Source: a virus
Taxonomy: Duplodnaviria > Caudoviricetes
Length of the DNA: 26,370 nucleotides
IMG/VR virus record: IMGVR_UViG_3300016654_000138
Location: 1-26,370 of that record
Direction: 5' to 3' (one strand)
The notes under the pieces: model-generated
What the model saw: only the letters and a program-made list of their open reading frames with translations
What the model was told of the DNA's origin: nothing
Databases searched by the model: none
Shown: positions 5,992 through 15,203 of the stretch, in pieces
Layout of the letters: every line of letters starts with the position of its first letter
Position numbering within the stretch: the first letter of the stretch is position 1
Translations under genes and position numbers: made by a program

Positions 5992-7635
5992 ATGAGCGCG
6001 ATCCTCGAATGGGAAGACCTTGAGTTCCCTGAGCGCGTGGCGATTGCCGATATGTCGCTCGATTCGTTCCTCTCGTTCACCCGAATCTGGTTCGAGCTGA
6101 TCCAAGGCGACCGGCTGCTGGTCAACTGGCATCACGAGTACATGGCCCAGGCCATTGACGACCTGATCGCCGGCACGCTGCAGCCACGCAACCTGATCAT
6201 CAACATCCCGCCTGGAGGTACCAAGACTGAGTTCTTCTCGGTTCACCTGCCTGTGTACGTGAACACCCTGGTGCGGGACGGCAAGCTCAAGCGCTTCCGT
6301 AACCTGAACGTGTCCTATGCCGACACGTTGGTGAAGCGCAACTCCCGCCGCACCCGCGACATCATCGCCAGTGAGCCTTATCAGGCCCTGTGGCCTTGCT
6401 CGTTCGGGGTCAACCAGGCTGAGGAGTGGGAGATTGTCGACGACCGTGGCCGCTCAATAGGCCAAACAGTTTCGAAATCGGCTGGCGGCCAGATCACCGG
6501 CGGCCGGGGTGGCTATTTCGGGCCTCTGTTCTCCGGCTGCATCCTGCTGGACGACTTCAACAAACCGGTGGACATGTTCAGCGAGACGAAGCGCAACAGC
6601 GCCAATCTCATGCTGACCAACACCATACGCTCTCGGCGCGGCGACAAGTCCAAGGACAACGCTACGCCTGTGGTGAGCATCCAGCAGCGCCTGCACACGG
6701 ATGACGCCACTGGCTTCATGATGTCTGGCGGGATGGGCCTGAGCTTCTCGCACATCTGGATTCCGGCGCTGGTTGATCAGTCCTACCTGGACAGCCTCCC
6801 CGAGCCCTGGCGCACCAAGTGCTGGGAAACGATCAAGGACACCGATTCGGTCGAGGTAGGCGGTGTGCGCTACTGGTCGTACTGGCCAGAGATGGAGCAC
6901 GTCAGCGACCTGGTGGCGCTGTGGGAGCGTGACAACTACACGTTCACCTCCCAGTATCAGCAGAAGCCCGCTCTGCTCACCGGCGGCATCTTCAACACGG
7001 ACTGGTTCGGCACCTACACCCGGGCTCCGCACCTGCAATACCGCGCGATCTACGTCGACACCAACAGTGGCAAGGTCAACGATTACAACGACTACACCGT
7101 GTTCACCCTGGTGGGTATGGGGGTGGACGGCAACCTGTACATCCTCGACGTCGAGCGTGGCAAGTGGGACCCTGAGGACCTTCTTCAGAAGGCAATCGAA
7201 CTATGGGACCGCTGGAAGCCATACGACCGGCGGCGCCCGATGCCGATCAGGCACATGGGCATCGAGGACAAGCAGGCCGGCCAGGGTCTGATCACCACGC
7301 TCAAGAAGCGTAAGGAGATCCCTATCCAAGAGATCCCACGCGGCGAGGGCCAGAACAAGCTGGTCCGGGCGCTCAATGTGGTGCCGCAGATCAAGACTGG
7401 CAAAGTGTTCATCCCGGCAACCTACGACGAGGCAGGCGAGCGAATCTCTCACGCCCTGTACGCCGACGGGTCCATAGCCGGGCCAACCACCTGGGTGCCA
7501 ACTCTGCTTGCCGAGTTCGCAGCCTTCAGCGCCGACGACAGCCACGACAACGACGACATCGTCGATACCTGCATGGACGCCATCAGTGATAACCTCATTG
7601 AGGGCGGAAATCTGGACTATCAATCATGGCTGTGA
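5992..7635 (+). CDS. terL: Terminase large subunit, 547 aa
   Basis: Walker A variant LIINIPPGGTKTE, GGQITGGRG, Walker B ILLDD, IQQRLH, SQYQQKP, and RNase H-like nuclease acidic residues (YVDT, DYT, IEDK, HDNDDIVD). Confidence 0.95.
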   Translation: MSAILEWEDLEFPERVAIADMSLDSFLSFTRIWFELIQGDRLLVNWHHEYMAQAIDDLIAGTLQPRNLIINIPPGGTKTEFFSVHLPVYVNTLVRDGKLKRFRNLNVSYADTLVKRNSRRTRDIIASEPYQALWPCSFGVNQAEEWEIVDDRGRSIGQTVSKSAGGQITGGRGGYFGPLFSGCILLDDFNKPVDMFSETKRNSANLMLTNTIRSRRGDKSKDNATPVVSIQQRLHTDDATGFMMSGGMGLSFSHIWIPALVDQSYLDSLPEPWRTKCWETIKDTDSVEVGGVRYWSYWPEMEHVSDLVALWERDNYTFTSQYQQKPALLTGGIFNTDWFGTYTRAPHLQYRAIYVDTNSGKVNDYNDYTVFTLVGMGVDGNLYILDVERGKWDPEDLLQKAIELWDRWKPYDRRRPMPIRHMGIEDKQAGQGLITTLKKRKEIPIQEIPRGEGQNKLVRALNVVPQIKTGKVFIPATYDEAGERISHALYADGSIAGPTTWVPTLLAEFAAFSADDSHDNDDIVDTCMDAISDNLIEGGNLDYQSWL

Positions 7636-7865
7636 AACCGAAGAGCTTCAGGATCACCATCGAGCTGTACGAGGATGCGAACCCGGGCGTGGCGCTGCAT
7701 ACCACGCAGTGGAGCTACCCGTGTCATGGCCTGTTCGGGTCTGAAGACTTCCCTCGCAAGATGGCGGCCGATCGAATGGCCGAGTTCAAGCAGGAGTGCT
7801 TCCTCGGCGGCCACCTCGACGATTTCAACCGGCGACCCAAGTCCGACTGGAAGCCAGATTCATAG
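7626..7865 (+). CDS. Small hypothetical protein, 79 aa
   Basis: ATG overlaps the terL 3' end by 10 nt with GGA upstream, codon usage is plausible, and a terminator follows directly. Confidence 0.6.
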   Translation: MAVKPKSFRITIELYEDANPGVALHTTQWSYPCHGLFGSEDFPRKMAADRMAEFKQECFLGGHLDDFNRRPKSDWKPDS

Positions 7866-7884
7866 CCCGAAAGGGCTTTTTTTT
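7864..7884 (+). terminator. Intrinsic terminator
   Basis: AGCCC-GAAA-GGGCT with a GNRA loop, running into 8 Ts. Confidence 0.85.
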
Positions 7885-7898
7885 CGCCCGGAGGAAAC

Positions 7899-8186
7899 AT
7901 GACCAATGGCTGGGACTGGAAAGGCCAGGACAACTGGTACATCTACTGGGCGCCCACTGAAGAGTTTCTGACCGGCAAGCGGCGCCGGCTTTCAGCCGTG
8001 GCCACCACGCTCGAGGCGGCCATCAAGTCCTACGACGGCTTCAACATGTACGGCGAGGGCTACAAGATCCTCGTCGAGCAGATTCAGCCCACCATGGTCT
8101 CCGATATCACCGCGGTGTTCTGTGCCTCCGGCACCTGGGACGCCACCTACGAAGAATTCCTGACCGCCTCTGGCGTCACTCCGTAA
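7899..8186 (+). CDS. Small hypothetical protein, 95 aa, aromatic-rich N-terminus
   Basis: Strong GGAGG SD before ATG 7899. Fills the gap up to the portal gene. Confidence 0.75.
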   Translation: MTNGWDWKGQDNWYIYWAPTEEFLTGKRRRLSAVATTLEAAIKSYDGFNMYGEGYKILVEQIQPTMVSDITAVFCASGTWDATYEEFLTASGVTP

Positions 8187-8200
8187 CCAGCAGGCAGCCC

Positions 8201-9574
8201 ATGAAAGCTCAAAAACCCCGGTACAAGCTGGATAAGTCCGGCGGTATCAGCATGGTCACGCGTGACGGCCTGGTGAATCTTTACACGGGCCTGGGCACTG
8301 GCCGGGATAGTCGCACCGGTGCCAGCTTCCAGTTCGGTACCTACCAGGACTTCGTCCAGTACGAGGCGGCCTACTCGGAAAACTGGATCGCCCGCGACAT
8401 CATCGATATCCCTGTGGATGATGCGACCCGCGAGTGGCGCGAGTTTCAGCACGAAGGTGCAGATCTGATCATGGCCGAGGAGAAGCGCCTGGGCATCCAG
8501 CAGCGTTTCCAAGAGGGGGTGAAGTGGGCCCGGCTCTATGGCGGCGCCGTTATGGTGCTGATCACCGACCAGGACCTGGCCAAGCCGCTCAACCTTAAGC
8601 GCATCAAGAAGGGCTCGCTCAAAGCTGTACGCGTCATCGACCGCATGTACATCAGCGGGCAGGACTGGAACTACACGGACATCCTGGCCGAGAACTACAT
8701 GCTGCCCAGCTACTACCTGCTCTACGGTGGCGCGCAGCGTATCCACTATTCCCATGTCGTCCGCATGCCAGGCGCCATGCTGCCCATGCGGCTCCGTCAG
8801 CTCAACGGCATGTGGGATGACAGCGAGATGCGGCGCTGCCTTGAAGACCTCAAGGACGTGGTGGAGTCGAAGGGCGGCATTGCCAAGCTGATCCAAACGG
8901 CCAACGTCGACGTGGTAACCCGCAAGGGCCTGGCTGCGGCGCTGGGGGCTGGAGACACCGAAAGTGCCACCATCGACCGGTTCAAGCTTTTCAACCTGTT
9001 GAAGTCGGTCCATTCGCTGGCTCTGCTCGACGACTCAGAGACCTTCGACCGAAAGGGCGTGTCGTTCAGCGGTCTTGGCGACATCCTCACCGTCCTTATG
9101 ACGTGGATATCCGGCGCCGCTCACATCCCAATGACCCGGCTGTGGGGTGTGCAGGCGAAAGGCATGGGCGATTCCGGCGCCGGCGACATGAACAACTACT
9201 ACAACGGCCTGCGGGGCAAGCAGGAAGGCCCGTACCGTCAGGTGATGGAGAAGGTTGACCAGGTGCTGGTCCGCTCGGCGCTCGGCGAATATCCCAACGA
9301 CTACGAGTTTCAGTGGAAGCCTCTCGACCAGCCTGACGGTCTGGAACTGGCCCAGACTCGCAACACCAACGCCCAGGCCGACGATCTACGTATCCAGCAA
9401 GGCGTGCCTGCCTATCTGGTCATGCAGAAGCTCAACGCCTCGGGCGAGTTCGATATCCCGGACGGCGTGATAAACCAGATGAAGGCCAACCACGATGCCC
9501 AAGCAGCTGGCGAAGCAGTCGACCGAGAGCCCGTATCAATCGCGGGCGGTGATCCGGCCGACGAGAAAGGCTGA
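8201..9574 (+). CDS. Portal protein (DUF1073-like), 457 aa
   Basis: YSENWIARDIIDIPVDDATREW, WARLYGG, IHYSHVV, GAAHIPMTRLWG...GMGDSG.GDMNNYY, FQWKPL. Lies after terL. Confidence 0.92.
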   Translation: MKAQKPRYKLDKSGGISMVTRDGLVNLYTGLGTGRDSRTGASFQFGTYQDFVQYEAAYSENWIARDIIDIPVDDATREWREFQHEGADLIMAEEKRLGIQQRFQEGVKWARLYGGAVMVLITDQDLAKPLNLKRIKKGSLKAVRVIDRMYISGQDWNYTDILAENYMLPSYYLLYGGAQRIHYSHVVRMPGAMLPMRLRQLNGMWDDSEMRRCLEDLKDVVESKGGIAKLIQTANVDVVTRKGLAAALGAGDTESATIDRFKLFNLLKSVHSLALLDDSETFDRKGVSFSGLGDILTVLMTWISGAAHIPMTRLWGVQAKGMGDSGAGDMNNYYNGLRGKQEGPYRQVMEKVDQVLVRSALGEYPNDYEFQWKPLDQPDGLELAQTRNTNAQADDLRIQQGVPAYLVMQKLNASGEFDIPDGVINQMKANHDAQAAGEAVDREPVSIAGGDPADEKG

Positions 9575-10463
9575 AGCGGCGTACCGGCGAAGCCTGCTTG
9601 ATCTGGTCGATGCCATGGCCCTGGCCGTGCGCGACCGGATCGTGCCGAGGCTCAGGCTGACGTGGGAGGCCCACAGCCTTGAGCCGAAGCTGATCACCGA
9701 GGATGCGAGCTATTCCGACCTTCTGGTCGAATTGATCGCCTCGACGACCAACATGTTCCTGACCATCGACCTGCGCGGCAGTGCTTATCGACCCAAGAGC
9801 AAGCCGGCCCCCAGCAAGAAGCGCAGACAGCCACGGGTGATCGACTCCCCCGCAGAGGAGATCGCCCTTCATGCAGTGCAGATGGCCGCCGATGAAGCCG
9901 ACGAGCATGTGGTCAAGGAGTTGCGCCGCACGGTCAAGATCGACGCCGAGAAGCTGATGACCAGCGAGGGCGTCAACGACTACATCGACGCCATGGTCAC
10001 CAGCAACGTAGCTCTGATAAAGACCATCCCGCAGGAGTTCTTCAGCGACGTCGAGCGCACCATCCTTGATGGATATGCCCAGGGCATCGCGCTGAAGCCG
10101 ATGATGGAGCAGCTGCAGGAGAAGGTCGGCGTCAGCGCCCGCCGGGCCAAGCTCATCGCCGCCGACCAGATGAACAAGGTCAACAGCGACGTCGAGCGCC
10201 GGCGGATGCTGAATATCGGCATCACCCGCTACAAGCACTCCACATCGAAGGACGAGCGCGTCAGCGGCAACCCTGCCGGCCTTTACCCAAACGCCAAGAT
10301 CAGTTGCTTCGGGATTGCCCAGCAGGACATTGGTTACGGACCGGGCGTCTATCTGTTGGTTGATGGCGCCACCTGGAAGGGTCAGAAAGGCCTGTTCCCT
10401 GGTCGATGCCACGTCAAGTGTCGATGCACCTACACCCCTCAGATAGAGGGATTCGATTACTGA
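9495..10463 (+). CDS. Head morphogenesis/minor capsid protein (SPP1 gp7 / Mu gpF-like), 322 aa
   Basis: NVALIKTIP, RRAKLIAADQMNK, TSKDERV and PGRCHVKCRC motifs. Start is uncertain (80-nt overlap with the portal gene). Confidence 0.88.
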   Translation: MPKQLAKQSTESPYQSRAVIRPTRKAEAAYRRSLLDLVDAMALAVRDRIVPRLRLTWEAHSLEPKLITEDASYSDLLVELIASTTNMFLTIDLRGSAYRPKSKPAPSKKRRQPRVIDSPAEEIALHAVQMAADEADEHVVKELRRTVKIDAEKLMTSEGVNDYIDAMVTSNVALIKTIPQEFFSDVERTILDGYAQGIALKPMMEQLQEKVGVSARRAKLIAADQMNKVNSDVERRRMLNIGITRYKHSTSKDERVSGNPAGLYPNAKISCFGIAQQDIGYGPGVYLLVDGATWKGQKGLFPGRCHVKCRCTYTPQIEGFDY

Positions 10464-10486
10464 GCCCTGCTGATGCGGGGTTTTTT
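10463..10486 (+). terminator. Intrinsic terminator
   Basis: AGCCCTGC-tgat-GCGGGGTT stem running into a 6-T tract. Confidence 0.8.
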
Positions 10487-10503
10487 CTGCCTGGAATTCA
10501 AGC

Positions 10504-11682
10504 ATGAAACTCAGGGTTCAAGACAAGAACGCCTCACTGGGCAGTCGCCGCGAGTTCACAGACAACGGCTACCTCAAGGTGCCCGGCCGAGTTGCCAGGG
10601 TCGGCGTGCAGGACTATCGCGCTGTTGAGTTCGACTACCAGGCCATCAACAAGCAGTTCGGCCTGCAGCTTAAGCCCATGGACGTCATGCGCGTCTACCG
10701 GCCTCCCGAGTCGGTATTCGATCCGATATCGCTGGCCAGTTACGACAATGCCGACATCACGGTCGAGCACCCGGGCGACTTCGTCGGCGCCGAGAACTAC
10801 ATGGGCACCTCGGTCGGCCATGTGATGAGCGAAGGCCGCCAAGACCCTGACGACCCTTCCTGGGTAGAGGTCGACCTGCTGATCAAGGACGGCTTTGCCA
10901 TCAAGGCAATCGACTCAGGAAAAGCAGAGCTCAGCGCCGGCTACGAAGCCGAGTACGACTACCAGCCAGGTACCACTCCCTCCGGCGAGGCCTACGACTT
11001 CATCCAGTCGGGCATCGGCGTGAACCACGTCGCGATCTGCGACAAAGCCCGCGCAGGCCATGGCGCCCGCATCTTTGACTCACAGAAGGAACACGAAATG
11101 CCGAAGGTAAAACTCTTCGACGGCGCCACGGTTGAGGTCCCGGACGAAAACACCCAGACCATCATCCAGAAGGCTATCGATTCGCTCGTTGGCACCCTGG
11201 ACTCTGAAAAGGCCCGCGCCGACAAGGCTGAAGCCACTCGCGACTCGCTCGACGGCGAACTCACCACTCTGAAGGCCAAGGCCAGCGACTCGGCGCTTTC
11301 TGAGCGCGTGACCCTGGTGCTGGCGGCGCGCGACTCCGCAGTACGCCTGGCCGGCAAGGAGTTCACCACCGACAGCTGCGACCCCATCGCTATCAAGGCT
11401 CAGGCCCTGGAAGCGGCCGGCGTGAAGTGCCGCAAGGCCGAAAAATGGGCTGATGCCTCCCCTGCGTACATCGAGGCGTTCTTCGATGCCGAGATGGAGC
11501 GCAAGGAAGACGACGAGGACGAGGAGAGCGCCAACAAGCAGAAGGCGAACGACTCGATCAACAGCCTGGCCAACGACCTCTCCAACGCCAAACCAAAGGG
11601 CAACGCGACTGCTCAGCAGACCCGTGACTCCGACTACCAGGCGTTCCTCAGCAAACGCTACTCCGCACAGGAGGCCAAGTAA
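10504..11682 (+). CDS. Prohead protease/scaffold (DUF2213-like), 392 aa
   Basis: GYLKVPGRVARVGVQDY, VYRPPESVF, ITVEHP, ELSAGY, NHVAICDKARAG..ARIFDS, followed by an acidic coiled-coil scaffold. Confidence 0.92.
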   Translation: MKLRVQDKNASLGSRREFTDNGYLKVPGRVARVGVQDYRAVEFDYQAINKQFGLQLKPMDVMRVYRPPESVFDPISLASYDNADITVEHPGDFVGAENYMGTSVGHVMSEGRQDPDDPSWVEVDLLIKDGFAIKAIDSGKAELSAGYEAEYDYQPGTTPSGEAYDFIQSGIGVNHVAICDKARAGHGARIFDSQKEHEMPKVKLFDGATVEVPDENTQTIIQKAIDSLVGTLDSEKARADKAEATRDSLDGELTTLKAKASDSALSERVTLVLAARDSAVRLAGKEFTTDSCDPIAIKAQALEAAGVKCRKAEKWADASPAYIEAFFDAEMERKEDDEDEESANKQKANDSINSLANDLSNAKPKGNATAQQTRDSDYQAFLSKRYSAQEAK

Positions 11683-12194
11683 TGGCTATTGCACAAGACC
11701 AGTTCGACATCTACCGCGGTGATGCCTACGAAGGTCAGGTCGGCACCATCGAGATCAACCGCGTATCCAGCGGTGTGGCCGGTGCGGATATTGCCTTCGG
11801 CCGCGCCGTTGTGCGTGACGCGTCCACCGGCGACATCCTGCCATGGGCCACCGACTCGAACGCCTGGGACCTGCTGGGTATCTCGGTTCGCTCGCAAACC
11901 GGCAACAGCGTCCAAACGCCTCAGTACGGCAATGTGTACCCGGTTACCACTGCCGGCTACCTGGCGGGCCAGAACCTTTCCTTCATGACCAATGGCGCCA
12001 TTCGCGTCATGTGCGTGGACGGCGCTCTGGCTGGCGACGTAGTCAGCATCGTGAGTGCGGCCGGTGAAAACCTGGGCCGCTTCTCAACTGGCGATGGCGT
12101 CCAGATCCCATTCCTTCGCTGGAAGGACGACGTGACCGCCGGCGCCATCGGCTGGATCGAACTCAACGGCATCTTCTCCGCCTCCGGCGTGTAA
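11682..12194 (+). CDS. Capsid decoration/cement protein, 170 aa
   Basis: Lies between protease and capsid genes. AYEGQ, IAFGRAVV, LGISVR and GAIRV motifs. TAATG coupling. Confidence 0.8.
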   Translation: MAIAQDQFDIYRGDAYEGQVGTIEINRVSSGVAGADIAFGRAVVRDASTGDILPWATDSNAWDLLGISVRSQTGNSVQTPQYGNVYPVTTAGYLAGQNLSFMTNGAIRVMCVDGALAGDVVSIVSAAGENLGRFSTGDGVQIPFLRWKDDVTAGAIGWIELNGIFSASGV

Positions 12195-12209
12195 CAAGGA
12201 CCAGAGCAA

Positions 12210-13175
12210 ATGAAAAACACCCAACGCTTGAGCACCTTCGACACCGATCCGACCGCTGCTCTGTCGTTTCTGACCCAGCAAGCGGCCTACATCGAGGCCG
12301 AGGTGTACCGCCAGGAATACCCGCAGTACCACTACACCCAACTGGTACCGCTGGACAACAGCGCCCCTGATTGGGCCCAGGTTGTTGGCTTCCGCTCGGT
12401 CAACAGCCGCGGCGAAATGAAGCTGTTCGGTCCGAAGTCCACCGACGTGCCAACCGTCGAAATCGCGGCAACCATGGGCTTCCACGAAATCCAGACCGGT
12501 GCGCTCGGTTACGAGTACAGCATCGAGGAGCTGGGCTATGCGCAGCTCAACGGCATCAACATCGACAACGAGCGCGCTATCGCCGTGCGCGATGGCGTCG
12601 AGAAGGGCCTGAACCAGATCTACCTGCAAGGCGGCCTGCTGTCCGGCGCCAACGGCAAAATTCAGGCGGTTGGCGAAGGCCTGTACACCGGATCCAACGT
12701 ACCGCGCCTGGATGTTGCCGCCACCATCGCTTCGCTGGTGACCGCTGGCAACGCTCAGGGCGTGCTGGATATCTTCTCCAACGCGTACAACCAGGTTTAC
12801 CTGGTCAACACCAACACTGTGCATGTGCCGACCGCGTTCGTCATGCCTCCGAGCATCTACCTGCTGCTCAAGCGCACCCTGATCAACACCGGCAACGCCA
12901 GCAACTACACCTTCTTGATGTTCCTGCAGCAGAACTTCCCGGACATGTTGTTCCAGGACGACATCCTGCTGGAAAAGGCCGGCAAGAACGGCAGCAAGCG
13001 CCTGGTCACTTACAAGAAGGACATCCGCGTCGTGAAAGGTCACGACGTGATGCCTCTGCGCTTCCTGGCTCCAGCCACCGCCGACAACATCAATTTCAAG
13101 GTGCCAGCCATCTGCCGTACCGGTGGCGTGGAATGGCGCATTCCAAAGGCCGCCGCGTACTTCGACGGCCTGTGA
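12210..13175 (+). CDS. Major capsid protein (DUF2184-like), 321 aa
   Basis: FLTQQAAYIEAEVY, GYEYSIEEL, VMPLRFL, RTGGVEWRIP...YFDG. AAGGA SD. Confidence 0.93.
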   Translation: MKNTQRLSTFDTDPTAALSFLTQQAAYIEAEVYRQEYPQYHYTQLVPLDNSAPDWAQVVGFRSVNSRGEMKLFGPKSTDVPTVEIAATMGFHEIQTGALGYEYSIEELGYAQLNGINIDNERAIAVRDGVEKGLNQIYLQGGLLSGANGKIQAVGEGLYTGSNVPRLDVAATIASLVTAGNAQGVLDIFSNAYNQVYLVNTNTVHVPTAFVMPPSIYLLLKRTLINTGNASNYTFLMFLQQNFPDMLFQDDILLEKAGKNGSKRLVTYKKDIRVVKGHDVMPLRFLAPATADNINFKVPAICRTGGVEWRIPKAAAYFDGL

Positions 13176-13180
13176 TGCCC

Positions 13181-13197
13181 GGGGCTTCGGCCCCTTT
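13181..13197 (+). terminator. cUUCGg hairpin after the capsid gene (weak terminator or mRNA-stabilising element)
   Basis: GGGGC-TTCG-GCCCC followed by only 3 Ts. Confidence 0.6.
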
Positions 13198-13211
13198 CAC
13201 GAGGATCCCTC

Positions 13212-13631
13212 ATGGACATCACTTCTGACGTTATGGACGCGTTCCGCGCGGCCTATGACGAATTCAGCGACGTCACCGCCTGGTCGGCTGGCCAGGTACT
13301 GATCGCCCTGCAGGATGCAGACAACGAGACCGGGCCGCGCTGGGGCAGCTACAGCAATCCAGTTCGGTCGATCAAGCAGCGCGGCATGTTCGCCTACGCA
13401 GCTCATTCGCTGGCCAAGCGGAAGATGCAGAGCCAGCAGATGCAGGCCGGCTCTATCCCCACTCCCGGCGCTCAGGTAGCCAGCAAGTCGGTCGGCGATG
13501 AGTCGACCAGTTACGCGGTCAGCGCGCCCGATTACGAGCAGGCTGTTGGCGATGGCGATCTCTATCTGACCGCCTACGGGAAGGAATTCCTGCGCCTGCG
13601 CTCTCGCATCATCGGCCCAGCAATGGTGTAG
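13212..13631 (+). CDS. Head-tail adaptor (DUF4054-like), 139 aa
   Basis: FRAAYDEFSD, AAHSL, VASKSVGDESTSY, TAYGKEFLRL. Confidence 0.88.
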   Translation: MDITSDVMDAFRAAYDEFSDVTAWSAGQVLIALQDADNETGPRWGSYSNPVRSIKQRGMFAYAAHSLAKRKMQSQQMQAGSIPTPGAQVASKSVGDESTSYAVSAPDYEQAVGDGDLYLTAYGKEFLRLRSRIIGPAMV

Positions 13632-13633
13632 CC

Positions 13634-14221
13634 ATGGATATCAAGGTTGAGGTTAGCGGCCAGACCAAGGCCCAGTTGCGCGAGACCCTGAAGAAGATTC
13701 AGGCGCGCGTGCGCGATCGCGCTGTCTTCATTGGCATCCCGCAGGGCTCAGGAGAGCAGGACGGGATGACTATCGCCTACCTGGGGTCGATTCATGAATT
13801 CGGCGCGACCATCAACCACCCAGGCGGCACGCAGTACGGATACAACAGCGTTGATGATGCCCACGATGGAAAGGTGCGCTTCCAGCCTACAGGCAAGGGC
13901 GTCATGGCTCTTGGCGTGACTGGTCCTCACCAGATCATCATTCCAGAGCGCTCATTCCTACGGGTGCCGCTGCGGGCTCACACAGAAGACATCAAGAAGG
14001 CCTGGCGCGCGATCATCCCCAAGGTGATCTCGGGCGAGCTGACTCTACTCAATGGCCTGCATCAGATCGGCAGCCGTGCGTCGGCCTTCTGTCGTGATGC
14101 CATCAAGGAGGGCATCACCCCGCCCAATGCTGACTCGACAATCAGGAAGAAGAAGTCGAGCAAGCCATTGATCGATCACGGCATTCTCGTCAGCAAGATC
14201 ACGTACCGAGTGGAGGTGTAG
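13634..14221 (+). CDS. Neck/tail completion protein, 195 aa
   Basis: IHEFG...IPERSFLR...PPNADSTIRKKKSSKPLIDHG motifs, and position in the operon. Confidence 0.8.
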   Translation: MDIKVEVSGQTKAQLRETLKKIQARVRDRAVFIGIPQGSGEQDGMTIAYLGSIHEFGATINHPGGTQYGYNSVDDAHDGKVRFQPTGKGVMALGVTGPHQIIIPERSFLRVPLRAHTEDIKKAWRAIIPKVISGELTLLNGLHQIGSRASAFCRDAIKEGITPPNADSTIRKKKSSKPLIDHGILVSKITYRVEV

Positions 14222-14223
14222 CC

Positions 14224-14631
14224 ATGCTCACAATGGAAGGGCATATCGACTCGGACTTCGTATCTACCCCTGGTGGGGGTGTATGGCTAGTTCGTGCCAG
14301 CGCCGGCGACTACACCGGGCCTGGCGGGGTGTGGCAAGAAACTGGCGAATCCACGCGCACCCAACTGACCCTTGTCAACATCCAGCAGGCGTCACCCAAG
14401 AGCGTAGAGGCCATGGTAGGCACTTCCGGGGCATTCAACCCCCAGGACTGGAAGATCGTGCACATCAACCAGGGCGTTTACCTCTATCCCGATGACAGCG
14501 GCCAGTTCGCGGACGTGCTGGAGTTCTCTGATGGCTTGGCCATGAGGCAATGGCGGGTTAGGCAGTGCGACAACAGGCCGTGGCGCAGCTATTGCCGCGC
14601 GATGGTCGAGCGATACCGAGGTGACGGATGA
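14224..14631 (+). CDS. Putative head closure/head-tail connector protein, 135 aa
   Basis: Synteny, GGAGG SD, and a beta-rich sequence (VNIQQAS, WRVRQCDNRPWRSYCR). Confidence 0.65.
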   Translation: MLTMEGHIDSDFVSTPGGGVWLVRASAGDYTGPGGVWQETGESTRTQLTLVNIQQASPKSVEAMVGTSGAFNPQDWKIVHINQGVYLYPDDSGQFADVLEFSDGLAMRQWRVRQCDNRPWRSYCRAMVERYRGDG

Positions 14632-15203
14632 AGGATATCAACGACCTCAACCCGGTCTGGCAGCAGATCATCTGCTCGCTCACCGGGGCAGCCACCAACC
14701 GCGTCATCCTGGCCAACCAAGGCCGACCCATGCCAGGAGGCACAGATCTCTCAGCCTCATACCTTATGGTCCCGCTGCGGGCTTACGGGTGGCCAACCTT
14801 CGACTATGTGGATGTTCCCGCCGTCGAACCAGCTGACCCGGCGCTGGGGGAGTGGACGGACTGGGACGTCACGATGAAGACCACGATGGTGTTCCAGCTC
14901 TCAGTGAACCTGTTCAACGACGGCGCCGGAACTGCGGTGATGAACCTGCCAAACGGCAACTTCCGCCCCGACATCGCCACGCTGCTGCGTCAGAACAAGG
15001 CCGGCTGGTTCAAGTCCAGCCAGCCACGAAACCTGACTGCCCTGCAAAACGCCGGTATGCAGCCCCGCTACCAATGCGACCTGACGCTGTATGCCGAGGT
15101 CGAGACCACCTACGCCGTCCTGCGCGCCGCCGGCTTCGCCTTCGAAGTAGCAGACGCCCCGACTTTACGAAAACTTCAATCAGGACAATACAATGGCAGT
15201 TGA
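14628..15203 (+). CDS. Putative tail terminator/neck protein, 191 aa
   Basis: RVILANQGRP and PRNLTAL...RYQCDL. Lies directly before the sheath gene. Confidence 0.7.
   Translation: MKDINDLNPVWQQIICSLTGAATNRVILANQGRPMPGGTDLSASYLMVPLRAYGWPTFDYVDVPAVEPADPALGEWTDWDVTMKTTMVFQLSVNLFNDGAGTAVMNLPNGNFRPDIATLLRQNKAGWFKSSQPRNLTALQNAGMQPRYQCDLTLYAEVETTYAVLRAAGFAFEVADAPTLRKLQSGQYNGS

Noticed and set aside
6205-6231. Non-canonical terminase Walker A (PPGGTKT)
   Set aside because: Variant P-loops of this kind are common in terminases, and the other motifs are intact.
8201-9574. Anti-CBASS (Acb1) label sometimes attached to this family
   Set aside because: Motifs and position indicate a plain portal protein. 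I see no paired HxT/S 2H-phosphoesterase domain.
9495-10463. MuF polymorphic toxin fusion
   Set aside because: The protein ends a few residues after the CRC motif, with no C-terminal toxin domain and no immunity gene.
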